Shown here in pieces: positions 37,779-48,583 of a DNA stretch of 64,000 nucleotides. A model generated the notes under the pieces. That model saw only the letters and a program-made list of their open reading frames with translations. It did no database searches and was not told the origin of the DNA. Each line of letters starts with the position of its first letter. Positions within the stretch are counted from its first letter, which is position 1. The position numbers were made by a program, and so were the translations under genes. Origin of the DNA: a virus (lineage: Duplodnaviria > Caudoviricetes). Where the stretch lies: positions 1 through 64,000 of IMG/VR virus record IMGVR_UViG_2926471356_000005, one strand, 5' to 3'.

Positions 37779-39752
37779 TTAATCGAATAATGCTAAAGAT
37801 TTCTTTTTCAAGGAATTGATTCTCCTTGTATTCCTCCGAGGCGGTTTCACACCCAGGAACTCACGGATATTCTTCTGTGCCAGTTTCAGATACCAGTTAC
37901 GGTCTACCACATCAATAGACAACTCATTATTGTTGTCTACCATGCAGTGAACTGGCAGACTGGGAACTTTTGCAGCCTTGCCTGTTACAGCGTGGGTCTT
38001 GTAGATAGTTCCATACCGTCTGTCTGCCGTTGCATAGACCCGGTTGACCTTTTGGACAGGAACCTGTTCATCACCTACCATCTGATAGCACCCGGAATAC
38101 TTACCTCCAACCTTTGCGATAATCTGAAAGTCCAGGATATTCTTACTTGCCATTATCGTTTCTTCTGGGTCTACACCCTTTACAAAGTAATCCTGTATGG
38201 CTTTTGCCACTATCACAGCGTTGTTGTTGATATTCCATGCGCCACCACTCATGTTCTCCCAGGCAGGGAGTCCCATTTTGGTAAAGTCAATGTTTGCATT
38301 GGTCAGAATACCTCTCACCAGTGCGCCACCCTTGACCTTCGGCTTACCGTCACCCACAGGAACCTCAACGTAGTTGTTTACATCTCTCTGCACAATTTTC
38401 TGAATGAAATCCTCTTCCAGTTCAAACCCGGTTCTGTCCTGCCATTCCTGGGTAATTTCCTGCCATTTTGCTTCATCGGAGTTGTCGAAACTTACCATGA
38501 TACCATCCGTGTTAAGCTGAATGATTTTCAAAGTCGGACACTCACTGACCAAGTGCATTGACAGTTCCAGTAGGAGAAGCTGTCCTGTGATACAAACTGA
38601 ACGTCCCATCAGAGGGTCATACAGGTCATTGAAAGCCACGCCATCTTTACCGTTAAGCATGGTTCCGTAGGTGGTGTTCAGTACCAGTTTCAGAGCGTTT
38701 GCTGTGACCTTATCCCCGGCTTTCTTCGCCTGTACTCTCTCTTCCAAGGTATCTACATACACCTGCGGGGACGGGATATTGCGACTACAGAAGCCGTATT
38801 TCTGTCCCTTTGAGAGAGGAATGGTCATCAAGTGCGGGTAATAACTTGCCACGTCCTTGTTTCGGATTGACCTACCCTCAGTAGCTTCTTCCACATAAGT
38901 AGGAATTGCACCGTGGATACCTCCGTAGGCTATCGTACATTTGCACTCACCAATGGAAAAATCCAGGGCGGCTCCCTTGTGCTTTACACCCTGTTCATCG
39001 TAGCCACCAAACAGAAGGTAGTTCGGAATGTTCGGGTCATGCAGCTTGTCAAAGAAGTCAAATACTTCCTGCGGAATATACTGCCGAAGCAGCTTATCTG
39101 GATACTGATAATCTCTTTCGTCTGTCCATGGCTTCTCTGGTTTCTGGGCTTGCAGGTACACGCTTGTCAGTTTGGCATTGGTCATATACATAGCCTGCCT
39201 GTCTGTCAAACCACGCTTCCTGCCTACAGCCACTTTGTTATCCAGATAACCTTGCCGCAACTTGAAAAGAATCTCTGTTGCGTCCACATCGTACTTACAG
39301 TAGTAAGTAGTCTGTGCCTTTTCTGATTCAGAGAGAACATGGTCAACATTGAAATCAACCTCTGTTTCCTCAATCGGGATACCCAGGTGGGCTTCAATCC
39401 CTTTAAGGGATACCCCGTCCTGGCAATCATCCTTGAGGTCGAAACTGTCAAAATAGACCCGGTACTCTCTCAGAGCGGGAATGTCCCACCCGTTTAATTC
39501 GTGAACAATGATGAGGTCATTTATCTCCTTCACCTGTTCCGGGGTGAACCCACACATAACTGCCTTGAGTATGTGGTTATCGTAGTGCTTGTTATTGAAG
39601 CCACCCAGATACGGGTTACGCTCCATGAAAGCCAGAACTTCATCATTGTCATTCCAGATAACCGTGTACTCTCCCGTGGCTACTTCTTTGAACACAAACA
39701 GCCAGTCATGGGCAAATACCTCACAGTCGAATATGTAGGTTCCCTCAACCAT
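37779..39752 (-). CDS. family B DNA polymerase
   Basis: Exo FDCE, FNNKHYD, YCKYDV; DVASYYP; KLVLNTTYG; NTDG. Confidence 0.85.
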   Translation of the reverse strand: MVEGTYIFDCEVFAHDWLFVFKEVATGEYTVIWNDNDEVLAFMERNPYLGGFNNKHYDNHILKAVMCGFTPEQVKEINDLIIVHELNGWDIPALREYRVYFDSFDLKDDCQDGVSLKGIEAHLGIPIEETEVDFNVDHVLSESEKAQTTYYCKYDVDATEILFKLRQGYLDNKVAVGRKRGLTDRQAMYMTNAKLTSVYLQAQKPEKPWTDERDYQYPDKLLRQYIPQEVFDFFDKLHDPNIPNYLLFGGYDEQGVKHKGAALDFSIGECKCTIAYGGIHGAIPTYVEEATEGRSIRNKDVASYYPHLMTIPLSKGQKYGFCSRNIPSPQVYVDTLEERVQAKKAGDKVTANALKLVLNTTYGTMLNGKDGVAFNDLYDPLMGRSVCITGQLLLLELSMHLVSECPTLKIIQLNTDGIMVSFDNSDEAKWQEITQEWQDRTGFELEEDFIQKIVQRDVNNYVEVPVGDGKPKVKGGALVRGILTNANIDFTKMGLPAWENMSGGAWNINNNAVIVAKAIQDYFVKGVDPEETIMASKNILDFQIIAKVGGKYSGCYQMVGDEQVPVQKVNRVYATADRRYGTIYKTHAVTGKAAKVPSLPVHCMVDNNNELSIDVVDRNWYLKLAQKNIREFLGVKPPRRNTRRINSLKKKSLALFD

Positions 39753-39957
39753 CGTTATACCGCCCTTCTTCCAGAGCCTTTTGTACCTGCAAGAGTTCTT
39801 GCCTTGCCTGTACGCAACGGCGAATTATTGACGCTTTGGAGTGTTCGGGAGGAATTACGCCCCACTTGCCGGGTTCGACTCCCATACTCTCTTCTACGCC
39901 TGCCAGAAGAATTTGAGCCGTAGTGAAGTGGTTCTTCACATTCTTCGTCATCTTCAT
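39745..39957 (-). CDS. hypothetical protein (70 aa) overlapping upstream gene
   Basis: GGAGG 9 nt before ATG 39957; ends at polymerase start. Confidence 0.45.
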   Translation of the reverse strand: MKMTKNVKNHFTTAQILLAGVEESMGVEPGKWGVIPPEHSKASIIRRCVQARQELLQVQKALEEGRYNDG

Positions 39958-40141
39958 CTTCGTAGTCCTCCAAGTCATACCACCAGTTATTTGCCCAGGA
40001 GAACAGTGCCAGGTATGCCATACACAGAACATTGATGAAGAGCATTGTCATCCCGTAGACTTCATCATCCAGAGCGCAGGCAGTGAACAGCCACGTTATG
40101 CCTACGATATATCCGACTGTTTTCAGAACTTTATTCTTCAT
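39755..40141 (-). CDS. membrane protein
   Basis: Two hydrophobic segments then acidic stretch. Confidence 0.55.
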   Translation of the reverse strand: MKNKVLKTVGYIVGITWLFTACALDDEVYGMTMLFINVLCMAYLALFSWANNWWYDLEDYEDEDDEECEEPLHYGSNSSGRRRREYGSRTRQVGRNSSRTLQSVNNSPLRTGKARTLAGTKGSGRRAV

Positions 40142-40142
40142 G

Positions 40143-41528
40143 TCAATCTCCTATAAATTCGCACCCGCACTTCCTGTAACTGGTACATCGTTGTTTGAAA
40201 GATTTTTGCAATGACCGTATGCAGTCCACATAGTCATAAGCTATTGGCTGCTCCTTACCGTCAAAGGTTCGGGCAATACGTCCTACACTCTGAACTATTA
40301 CTGCGTAGTCTTTCTGGGGGGTTGTTAAGTACAATCTGTCCAGTCTGGGAATGTCCAGACCTTCTTTTGCCAGGGAATATGTTGCAAACAGATACCGTTT
40401 CTTGCCAATCCTCATATCCTCAATAGCCTGTTCCCGTTCAGCTTTCCGCTTCTTACTGGTCATCTTTCCATCTATCACCGCTGCCTGCGCCCTTAACTTC
40501 AAAGGTAACTGCTCATATAGGTATTTGAGATGGTCAACTCTTTCTGATAGAATCAGATTGAAATGCTCACGGTTCTCAATTAAGTCATCAAGAATAATCT
40601 TGTTTCGGCTCTCACATTCTGTGAGGTAGGTAATCATTTTGCAGTAGTTAATTGTGCCGTCACTGTTCAGATAAGCAGGACTCAGTTTCACGTCCGTACC
40701 TTTCGGCAGAACACTTACTGTCATAACCCTGGACTTCACTGCTTCATCTGGAACAGTCCATACTACTTGACCTAACATTGCGTAGGTTGCTTTTATCATG
40801 CCGTCCGAACGATGGACGGTTGCTGACAGCCCGAACTTATGTCTGGCACACAGCGTATTCAGCACCTTTGAGAACTGGGTTACCGCTGTAGGTGTACCGC
40901 TTACTCTGTGACACTCATCCACAATCACGCAGTCCCACTCATCTCTATATTGGTCTAAGTCCAATTTGCACATGGTCTGGATTGTGGCGAAGGTCATAGC
41001 CTCGCCGATATTGACCTTTCCTTCGGTTATCGTTCCCAGTAGTTTCGAATCAACGTACTGTTCTGCACGGCTCTTGCTCTGCGTCAGCAGGTCTTTGGTA
41101 TGTGTCAGCCAGAGGGTTTTTACCCCTAACGCACACGCCAGGGCAATTCCCATCTGAGTCTTACCAGACCCGGCAGGGGATTGTAGAATGCCGTAGTGGT
41201 TTATCAGCATTGCCGCAACTGCTTCTTCCTGGTAGTCATACAGCGGAACCTTACCGCCGTAGTCAACCTTCTTCGGCTCTTTGAACAGCTTCTTCACATC
41301 TCCTTCCAGAAGCGGCAGAATTGCTCTCAGACACCCGAATGGGAGAATCAAGCTATTACCGTTCACCTCATAGAGATAAAGCGTTCGTGGGGTATTCCCA
41401 AGCCACAGGTGCATTCGTGCTTTTTGCTGATACTCTGGGTTTGTCATTTCCAGATTCTCTTTGCACCACTTAATCAGTTCGGGTGAGGGGTCAAGGATTT
41501 TCAATCGGCTCCCGATTTCTATAAACAT
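40143..41528 (-). CDS. SF2 DEAD/DEAH helicase
   Basis: SPAGSGKT, DECH, SAT, QSVGRIAR. Confidence 0.9.
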   Translation of the reverse strand: MFIEIGSRLKILDPSPELIKWCKENLEMTNPEYQQKARMHLWLGNTPRTLYLYEVNGNSLILPFGCLRAILPLLEGDVKKLFKEPKKVDYGGKVPLYDYQEEAVAAMLINHYGILQSPAGSGKTQMGIALACALGVKTLWLTHTKDLLTQSKSRAEQYVDSKLLGTITEGKVNIGEAMTFATIQTMCKLDLDQYRDEWDCVIVDECHRVSGTPTAVTQFSKVLNTLCARHKFGLSATVHRSDGMIKATYAMLGQVVWTVPDEAVKSRVMTVSVLPKGTDVKLSPAYLNSDGTINYCKMITYLTECESRNKIILDDLIENREHFNLILSERVDHLKYLYEQLPLKLRAQAAVIDGKMTSKKRKAEREQAIEDMRIGKKRYLFATYSLAKEGLDIPRLDRLYLTTPQKDYAVIVQSVGRIARTFDGKEQPIAYDYVDCIRSLQKSFKQRCTSYRKCGCEFIGD

Positions 41529-41931
41529 CCATTTCCTCCAACCACTCTTGAAAGGTCTTGTACTCTGGAAACTCTGACTCTGTAATGCTACCCTGTCCGT
41601 AAAGCTGCCGCAGACATAACTCATCGAAGTGAATCATATAAATCTGTCCGTCATTCAGCTTCATAGCAAAGTAACAATGCTCATTGCCCTGGGCTTCCCA
41701 CATGGTCATAGCCGCTTCCTGGTTCGGCTCAATCCGGGATAACGGAAAGCGGTTGTTAGAACATACCTTGCAGTCAATCAAGACTGCTATGTTATCCCGA
41801 ACCGCAAGCACGTCTGCGGGTTGTCCTACCTGGTTTTGTGCCAGATTGTGCGCCCAGAAACCTTGCTCTGCCAGAAGTTCACACAGTTCCTCTTCAAAGT
41901 GGTTTCCCATTGTTTTGTTCACTTGCTTCAT
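41491..41931 (-). CDS. PD-(D/E)xK nuclease, Holliday-junction-resolvase-like
   Basis: GNHFEEE..QPADVL..IDCK. Confidence 0.7.
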   Translation of the reverse strand: MKQVNKTMGNHFEEELCELLAEQGFWAHNLAQNQVGQPADVLAVRDNIAVLIDCKVCSNNRFPLSRIEPNQEAAMTMWEAQGNEHCYFAMKLNDGQIYMIHFDELCLRQLYGQGSITESEFPEYKTFQEWLEEMDVYRNREPIENP

Positions 41932-41947
41932 AGGCTTCTGCTCCCAT

Positions 41948-41969
41948 TGCACCTCACAAGGAGGTGCAG
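41948..41969 (-). promoter_or_regulatory. hairpin downstream of VR2
   Basis: TGCACCTC-acaag-GAGGTGCA; same loop as VR1 hairpin with a compensatory pair. Confidence 0.75.
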
Positions 41970-41970
41970 A

Positions 41971-42543
41971 TTAACGATTCTTGATTTTGAAAGCGGGGCG
42001 AACGCCAAAAGAGTACGAAGCGCCGTCGTTGTCCGCATAACCGCTGCCGTTGACAAAGGAGAAGTAAGTAGCGGATTCTCTGACCTTGTTCATCAGCCAG
42101 TACCACTGTAAGTTCTCATACTTGCTGCCATCGAACGCCATACGGTTTCTGCGCTTCTTCATAGGCTCCCACTGCTTCACATACGGGCTTTCGTACTCAC
42201 CATAGTAGTTCTCTCCGAAAATCTCTTTCTCAGTCGGCAGACGGAGCAGATCACCGTTGTCAAACGGAGCCATCATAGCCTTGAGTTCTGCCGGGAAGAG
42301 ATTCAGAATCTCACCATTCAGCTTCTTATGCAGGTCACTCTCTTCGTAACCTCCTTCGTTGGTACGGGTGCTGTTCATTGGGCACTCACCAGGCAGGCAA
42401 TCAACCAGGCAGAAAATCATGCCGTCCTCTTCCTGCTGCATAGCCATAGCCTGCGCCTTCACACCGTCCGTGAGTTTGACCTCGATAATATCTCCAACCT
42501 TAAAAGTATCAACGTCAGACTTAATCATTCTTTTTACTTTCAT
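41971..42543 (-). CDS. DGR target 2: stand-alone DUF6273/CLec-like protein in early operon
   Basis: FKVGDII..LRLPTEKEIFG..WYWL..SATYFSFVNGSGYADNDGASYSFGVRPAF; ATGA-coupled start at 42543. Confidence 0.8.
   Translation of the reverse strand: MKVKRMIKSDVDTFKVGDIIEVKLTDGVKAQAMAMQQEEDGMIFCLVDCLPGECPMNSTRTNEGGYEESDLHKKLNGEILNLFPAELKAMMAPFDNGDLLRLPTEKEIFGENYYGEYESPYVKQWEPMKKRRNRMAFDGSKYENLQWYWLMNKVRESATYFSFVNGSGYADNDGASYSFGVRPAFKIKNR
41989..42075 (-). repeat. DGR variable region VR2
   Basis: 75/87 identical to VR1. Confidence 0.85.
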
Positions 42544-42689
42544 TGTGTTTTCCTCCACTTGTACGGCTTACCGTATTTTTCTTGATACCAGATTTCAAAC
42601 TTCTTGCGGTTTTCCTCATCTTTGAAGTATTCCTTTACCCTGTCAGCAAGGACAGAACAAAGTGCGCTTCCTTCTAATGTGCGAAGCAT
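42540..42689 (-). CDS. small hypothetical protein (49 aa, not in ORF track)
   Basis: MLRTLEGSALCSVLADRVKEYFKDEENRKKFEIWYQEKYGKPYKWRKTQ, coupled at both ends. Confidence 0.6.
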   Translation of the reverse strand: MLRTLEGSALCSVLADRVKEYFKDEENRKKFEIWYQEKYGKPYKWRKTQ

Positions 42690-42913
42690 TAAGCCCCATC
42701 AACGAGGACGGAACCATTTTCATACTTGTCCAGAATATCTATGGACAATTCAATGATTGCGTCCGCTTTAGTACCGTTTCTGGTTCCCGAAATTACTGAA
42801 CTCATCTCTGTCTTATCAGTCACAATACCCCGCAAGGCAAGCTGACCAATCAACCAGACGTAAGACAGCTTGTGCTTTTTAAGCCGCTCACGAATGTTTT
42901 CACGTTCCTCCAC
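42689..42913 (-). CDS. Cro-like regulator
   Basis: Divergent from repressor; AAAGGAGG before GTG; HTH-like. Confidence 0.65.
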   Translation of the reverse strand: MEERENIRERLKKHKLSYVWLIGQLALRGIVTDKTEMSSVISGTRNGTKADAIIELSIDILDKYENGSVLVDGA

Positions 42914-42956
42914 GTTTTCGCTTCCTCCTTTCATATTAGAATCTTGTAAACTAAAG

Positions 42957-43117
42957 TTGACAACAGAATCTCCAAAGGTTATAATGAAGCTACCACACCC
43001 ATATACCATTGAAAACTCTGCGGGGTAAAATTTACAGCCCGGAGGGGCTATTTCTTATACCCTGTAAACAACTTTTGTTGACATATTCAATATAGTAGAG
43101 ATTTCCCAAATTGTCAA
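42957..43117. promoter_or_regulatory. face-to-face lysogenic/lytic promoters
   Basis: + TTGACA(42957)-17-TATAAT(42980); - TTGACA(43117)-17-TATATT(43094). Confidence 0.75.
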
Positions 43118-43162
43118 CAGGTATTTTAGAGTTTTCCCAAATTTATTTTTAGGAGGGTTCTT

Positions 43163-43510
43163 ATGGATACCTTAGAACGCATTTTGGAGTTACAAAAACA
43201 GTCGGGATTAACAGTAAAAGCCCTTGAAGCTGCTACAGGTATATCTAATGGCAGTTTTAGCAAATGGAAAAAGGGAACATATGCGCCCAGTGCCGAAGCT
43301 GTACTAAGACTGGCTAAATATTTTCACGTTTCTACTGACTATCTATTCTGTTTATCCGATTCACCTTATCCGAAAGTAGAGATTTCCCTAACCGAAGAAG
43401 AGCAATTACTGCTTGACGCATTTCGTTCCGCTTCCACGCAAGGCAGATTCAATATTATTACCACCTGTATGTGCGAGAAGCGAAAAGGGGGCAACGAAAG
43501 TGCCGGGTAA
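43163..43510 (+). CDS. CI-like XRE repressor
   Basis: LTVKALEAATGISNGSFSKWKKG..LAKYFHVSTDYL. Confidence 0.85.
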   Translation: MDTLERILELQKQSGLTVKALEAATGISNGSFSKWKKGTYAPSAEAVLRLAKYFHVSTDYLFCLSDSPYPKVEISLTEEEQLLLDAFRSASTQGRFNIITTCMCEKRKGGNESAG

Positions 43511-43537
43511 TTGATTTTATAGAATGGAGGAAGAACC

Positions 43538-45124
43538 ATGTATGAGGATATAAAAACAGCCTGCCTATACGTTAGATTCTCAAGCCATAATCAGACTGAG
43601 CAATCTATTGAAGGGCAGACCCGTGTTTGCCGTGATTTCTGCAAGCGGCATAATATTAGAATTGTAGAGATATATGCTGACAGAGCCACGTCTGCCAGTA
43701 AAGACATTGAGAAGAGAGTCCAGTTCCTCAAGATGATAAAATACTCTGAGAAGGGCTTGTTTGACGCTGTAATCGTATACAAACTTGACCGCTTCGCCCG
43801 TTCCCGGTATGACTCAGCCACCTACAAATATCGCTTGAAGCGTAACGGGGTACAGCTTATTTCAGCCACAGAAAATATCAGCAATGACCCAGAAGGTATC
43901 ATTCTGGAATCAGTGCTTGAAGGTATGGCTGAGTTCTACAGTGCCGAACTCTCCCAGAAAATTAACCGTGGTATGAGAGAGTCAGCCTATAAGCATAACT
44001 CTATAGGAGGGGCAGTCCCTCTGGGATACAAGATTGAAGATAAAAAACTGGTGATAGACCCTAAAACGGCTCCCCTTGTGAAAGAAGCCTTTGAGAAATA
44101 TGCGGGCGGAGAAACGGTTGCTGAAATCTGCCGTCAATTTAATGCCCGTGGGTACAAGACCTCAAAGGGTACAGCTTTCGGAAAGAGTTCTTTCACCAAA
44201 ATATTTCGTAATGAGAGATACATCGGAGTCTACACCTTCCATGACTACCGAGCAGAGAACGCCATACCTGCTATTATCGACAAAGAACTCTGGGATAGGG
44301 TGCAACTTAGAGTCGGTAAGATTAAAAATGCACCTGCCCGGAACAAAGCAAAAGTGGTCTACTTACTTAGTGGTAAAATCTTCTGCGGACATTGTGGTAG
44401 TAAAATGAACGGAAATTGCAATGCGGGAAATTACTATTACTATCAGTGTTACGGAAAGAAGAACGGCAATGTTGATTGCAATAAAAAGAATATCCGTAAG
44501 GAGTTCATAGAAAGACTGGTTGCCCAAGACGCACTATCGCTCCTTACAGATGAATATATAGAACAGATTGCTTCTATTGCCTGTGAAAAGAATCAAAATG
44601 AGATTGAACTGGATTCAGCCCTTCCAACTATTCGTGACCGTATCCACCAGGTAGACGTATCCCTCAACAACCTTCTGAAAGCTATTGAGTCGGGATCAGC
44701 CCCAGATATGCTTGTAAAGCGTATGGGTGAATTAGAGAAAGAAAAGAAAGACCTGCAAGCACAGGCTAAGAAAGAATCTGAGGATATTGTTGAACTGGAC
44801 AAAGCCCAGGTTATTTATTGGTTAGAACAGTTTCGGGGCGGCAGTATTGAAGATGAAGAGTTTTGCCGTATGCTCATTGACCTTTTCGTAAACTCCGTCA
44901 CTGTATGGGATGAAGATGACGATACCTATAAGGTCACAGTGGCTTATAATCTAACCTCTTTACCGACAAAAACGTACCGCCTAAATAAAGACGGCACGTT
45001 GTCGGATTTCGCTTCCAATGCACCAGCTTTGAGGGCAGGAATGAATATATCTCCCGACTTTGCAGCTTCCCGCTGCTTATCCTTGACGATTTTGGAATGG
45101 AACGGGGAACGGAATACGGCTTAG
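43538..45124 (+). CDS. large serine integrase, reading through the att junction
   Basis: YVRFSS, DRFAR, FCGHCG/YQC zinc ribbon; last 32 aa encoded by flanking DNA. Confidence 0.92.
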   Translation: MYEDIKTACLYVRFSSHNQTEQSIEGQTRVCRDFCKRHNIRIVEIYADRATSASKDIEKRVQFLKMIKYSEKGLFDAVIVYKLDRFARSRYDSATYKYRLKRNGVQLISATENISNDPEGIILESVLEGMAEFYSAELSQKINRGMRESAYKHNSIGGAVPLGYKIEDKKLVIDPKTAPLVKEAFEKYAGGETVAEICRQFNARGYKTSKGTAFGKSSFTKIFRNERYIGVYTFHDYRAENAIPAIIDKELWDRVQLRVGKIKNAPARNKAKVVYLLSGKIFCGHCGSKMNGNCNAGNYYYYQCYGKKNGNVDCNKKNIRKEFIERLVAQDALSLLTDEYIEQIASIACEKNQNEIELDSALPTIRDRIHQVDVSLNNLLKAIESGSAPDMLVKRMGELEKEKKDLQAQAKKESEDIVELDKAQVIYWLEQFRGGSIEDEEFCRMLIDLFVNSVTVWDEDDDTYKVTVAYNLTSLPTKTYRLNKDGTLSDFASNAPALRAGMNISPDFAASRCLSLTILEWNGERNTA

Positions 45125-45366
45125 AGCAGGTCTACAACGTGATTGACAGCCGTTACCGCAGCGGCAGGCCGCTGATCGTCACGACTAATCTCACGCTGGA
45201 GGACTTGCAGCACCCGGAGGACACCGCCCACGCCCGCATTTATGACCGTCTGATTGAAATGTGTTCTCCTGTCCGCTTTACCGGGAGCAACTTCCGAAAA
45301 GCCACGGCGCAGGAGAAAATGGGACAACTGAAAAAGCTGATGAACAGAAAGGAGAGCCGCCTATGA
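45027..45366 (+). pseudogene. 3' half of DnaC/IstB-like ATPase
   Basis: FEGRNEYISRLCSFPLLILDDFGMER..IVTTN..RIYDRL. Confidence 0.9.
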
Positions 45367-45545
45367 CCAACACCCCAAAGAATGACCGCAGCACCCGCCG
45401 CCCGGATTGCGTGACGGAAATCCGCATAGGTAATTCTGTCCTTGTCGTTTCCGGCTATTTCAAGCAGGACACCACCGCCACCGCCGCCGATAAAATGCTG
45501 AAAGTGCTGGAAGCGGAAGCTGCTACACAAAAATCGGCAATTTGA
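45363..45545 (+). CDS. TnpW-family protein
   Basis: VTEIRIGNSVLVVSGYF..TAADKM; precedes recombinase. Confidence 0.65.
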   Translation: MTNTPKNDRSTRRPDCVTEIRIGNSVLVVSGYFKQDTTATAADKMLKVLEAEAATQKSAI

Positions 45546-45615
45546 CGGGACGTAAAGAAGCAGAAAGGACTGTACAGCCAGCCCCGGCGTGTGGTATGAT
45601 AGTCATACGGAATAG

Positions 45616-45886
<271 letters not shown>

Positions 45887-45894
45887 GATGTATG

Positions 45895-47616
<1,722 letters not shown>

Positions 47617-47671
47617 CTATATTATACCACATACCGCTGCCTGTGTCATGTATAAAATGTGAAGAAACGCC

Positions 47672-47839
47672 CTATTTCCGGGCGTTTGCGGGGTTCAGTT
47701 CCATGTCTTTGCGAATGAGTTTTTTTATCTTTTTATCCAGTGTGTCCGTTGCGCGTTCACTTGCGGACGAACATACAAGGTAAGTAACTTTTCCTATTTT
47801 ATGCTCCGTTGTGGTAACGGGCGTTTGGTTTTGCGTCAA
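47672..47839 (-). CDS. TnpW-family protein
   Basis: EHKIGKVTYLVCS..DKKIKKLI; TTG start after AAAGGGG. Confidence 0.65.
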   Translation of the reverse strand: MTQNQTPVTTTEHKIGKVTYLVCSSASERATDTLDKKIKKLIRKDMELNPANARK

Positions 47840-48316
47840 AGAAAATCCCCCTTTCTTTCGCAAACATATAATACAGTCTATGAATAGCAGCAAGTCCACT
47901 ATTCAATAAAACAAAGGCTTTAATCGGACGGTTATTAGCATAACCTCATGGGAATTTCACCCCGGCATGGTTCTCATGCAGCCCTACCCATTGCCTGCGA
48001 CGCTCTTAACGCTCGGACTGTGGCTGTAAGGAAGTATCATTGTATATTCTGCGTGTCGTCGCCCGCAAGCCGCTACACTTGCTTTCCGGCGCGGTGTTGG
48101 TCGCTCGGCTGTCCGGGCGGGGATAACCTCACCCGGATAGCGTCATGGCGCACCCGCCGTATGGCTCGGCGCAAAAGGAACGTATCCGATTTGCCCTATG
48201 CTGCGCCGCCGTTATCTTGCGCCGCTTTCTTTGTCAAGGTTCAGAATGGCTTTGCTGCCGCGTCAGCAGCGGAACGGAAAAGGGGGAGAGAGAAAGCGTC
48301 CCGCCGCCGCTGCGGT

Positions 48317-48583
48317 TTATTCCTCTGCCTTAAAGGTGAGGACAGCCATCATCAGTTTTGCTTGCAGCCGTTCCCGAATGTCGTGGTCTACGCCGAAATA
48401 GACATTCCCGCGCTCGTCGTACAGCTTCCGCATGGAGAGGCGGGCTATGTAGCCGCTGAAATGCTGCAAGACAATCTTCATAGCGTCCGGGTCGCCCTTT
48501 GTCGCTACCACAATGACAGGATAGGGAACAAGGGCATTTTCCGGGTAGCCGGGTTCGTTACCATTCGTCCCATTCATCAGCAT
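48317..48583 (-). CDS. HTH_16 (Tn916 Orf8-like) protein
   Basis: PYPVIVVATKGD..YDERGN. Confidence 0.75.
   Translation of the reverse strand: MLMNGTNGNEPGYPENALVPYPVIVVATKGDPDAMKIVLQHFSGYIARLSMRKLYDERGNVYFGVDHDIRERLQAKLMMAVLTFKAEE

Larger units (their letters stand above)
1641..45026. mobile_element. prophage (siphovirus-like, serine integrase), 43,386 bp
   Basis: CCAG at 1637-1640 and 45023-45026; lysis, tail, head, packaging, replication and lysogeny modules between them. Confidence 0.93.

Noticed and set aside
41989-42075. VR2 as the DGR template repeat
   Set aside because: It is the in-frame end of a gene, has its own hairpin, and has non-A bases where VR1 has A (agc vs aac, gac vs aac), so neither copy can be the template of the other.
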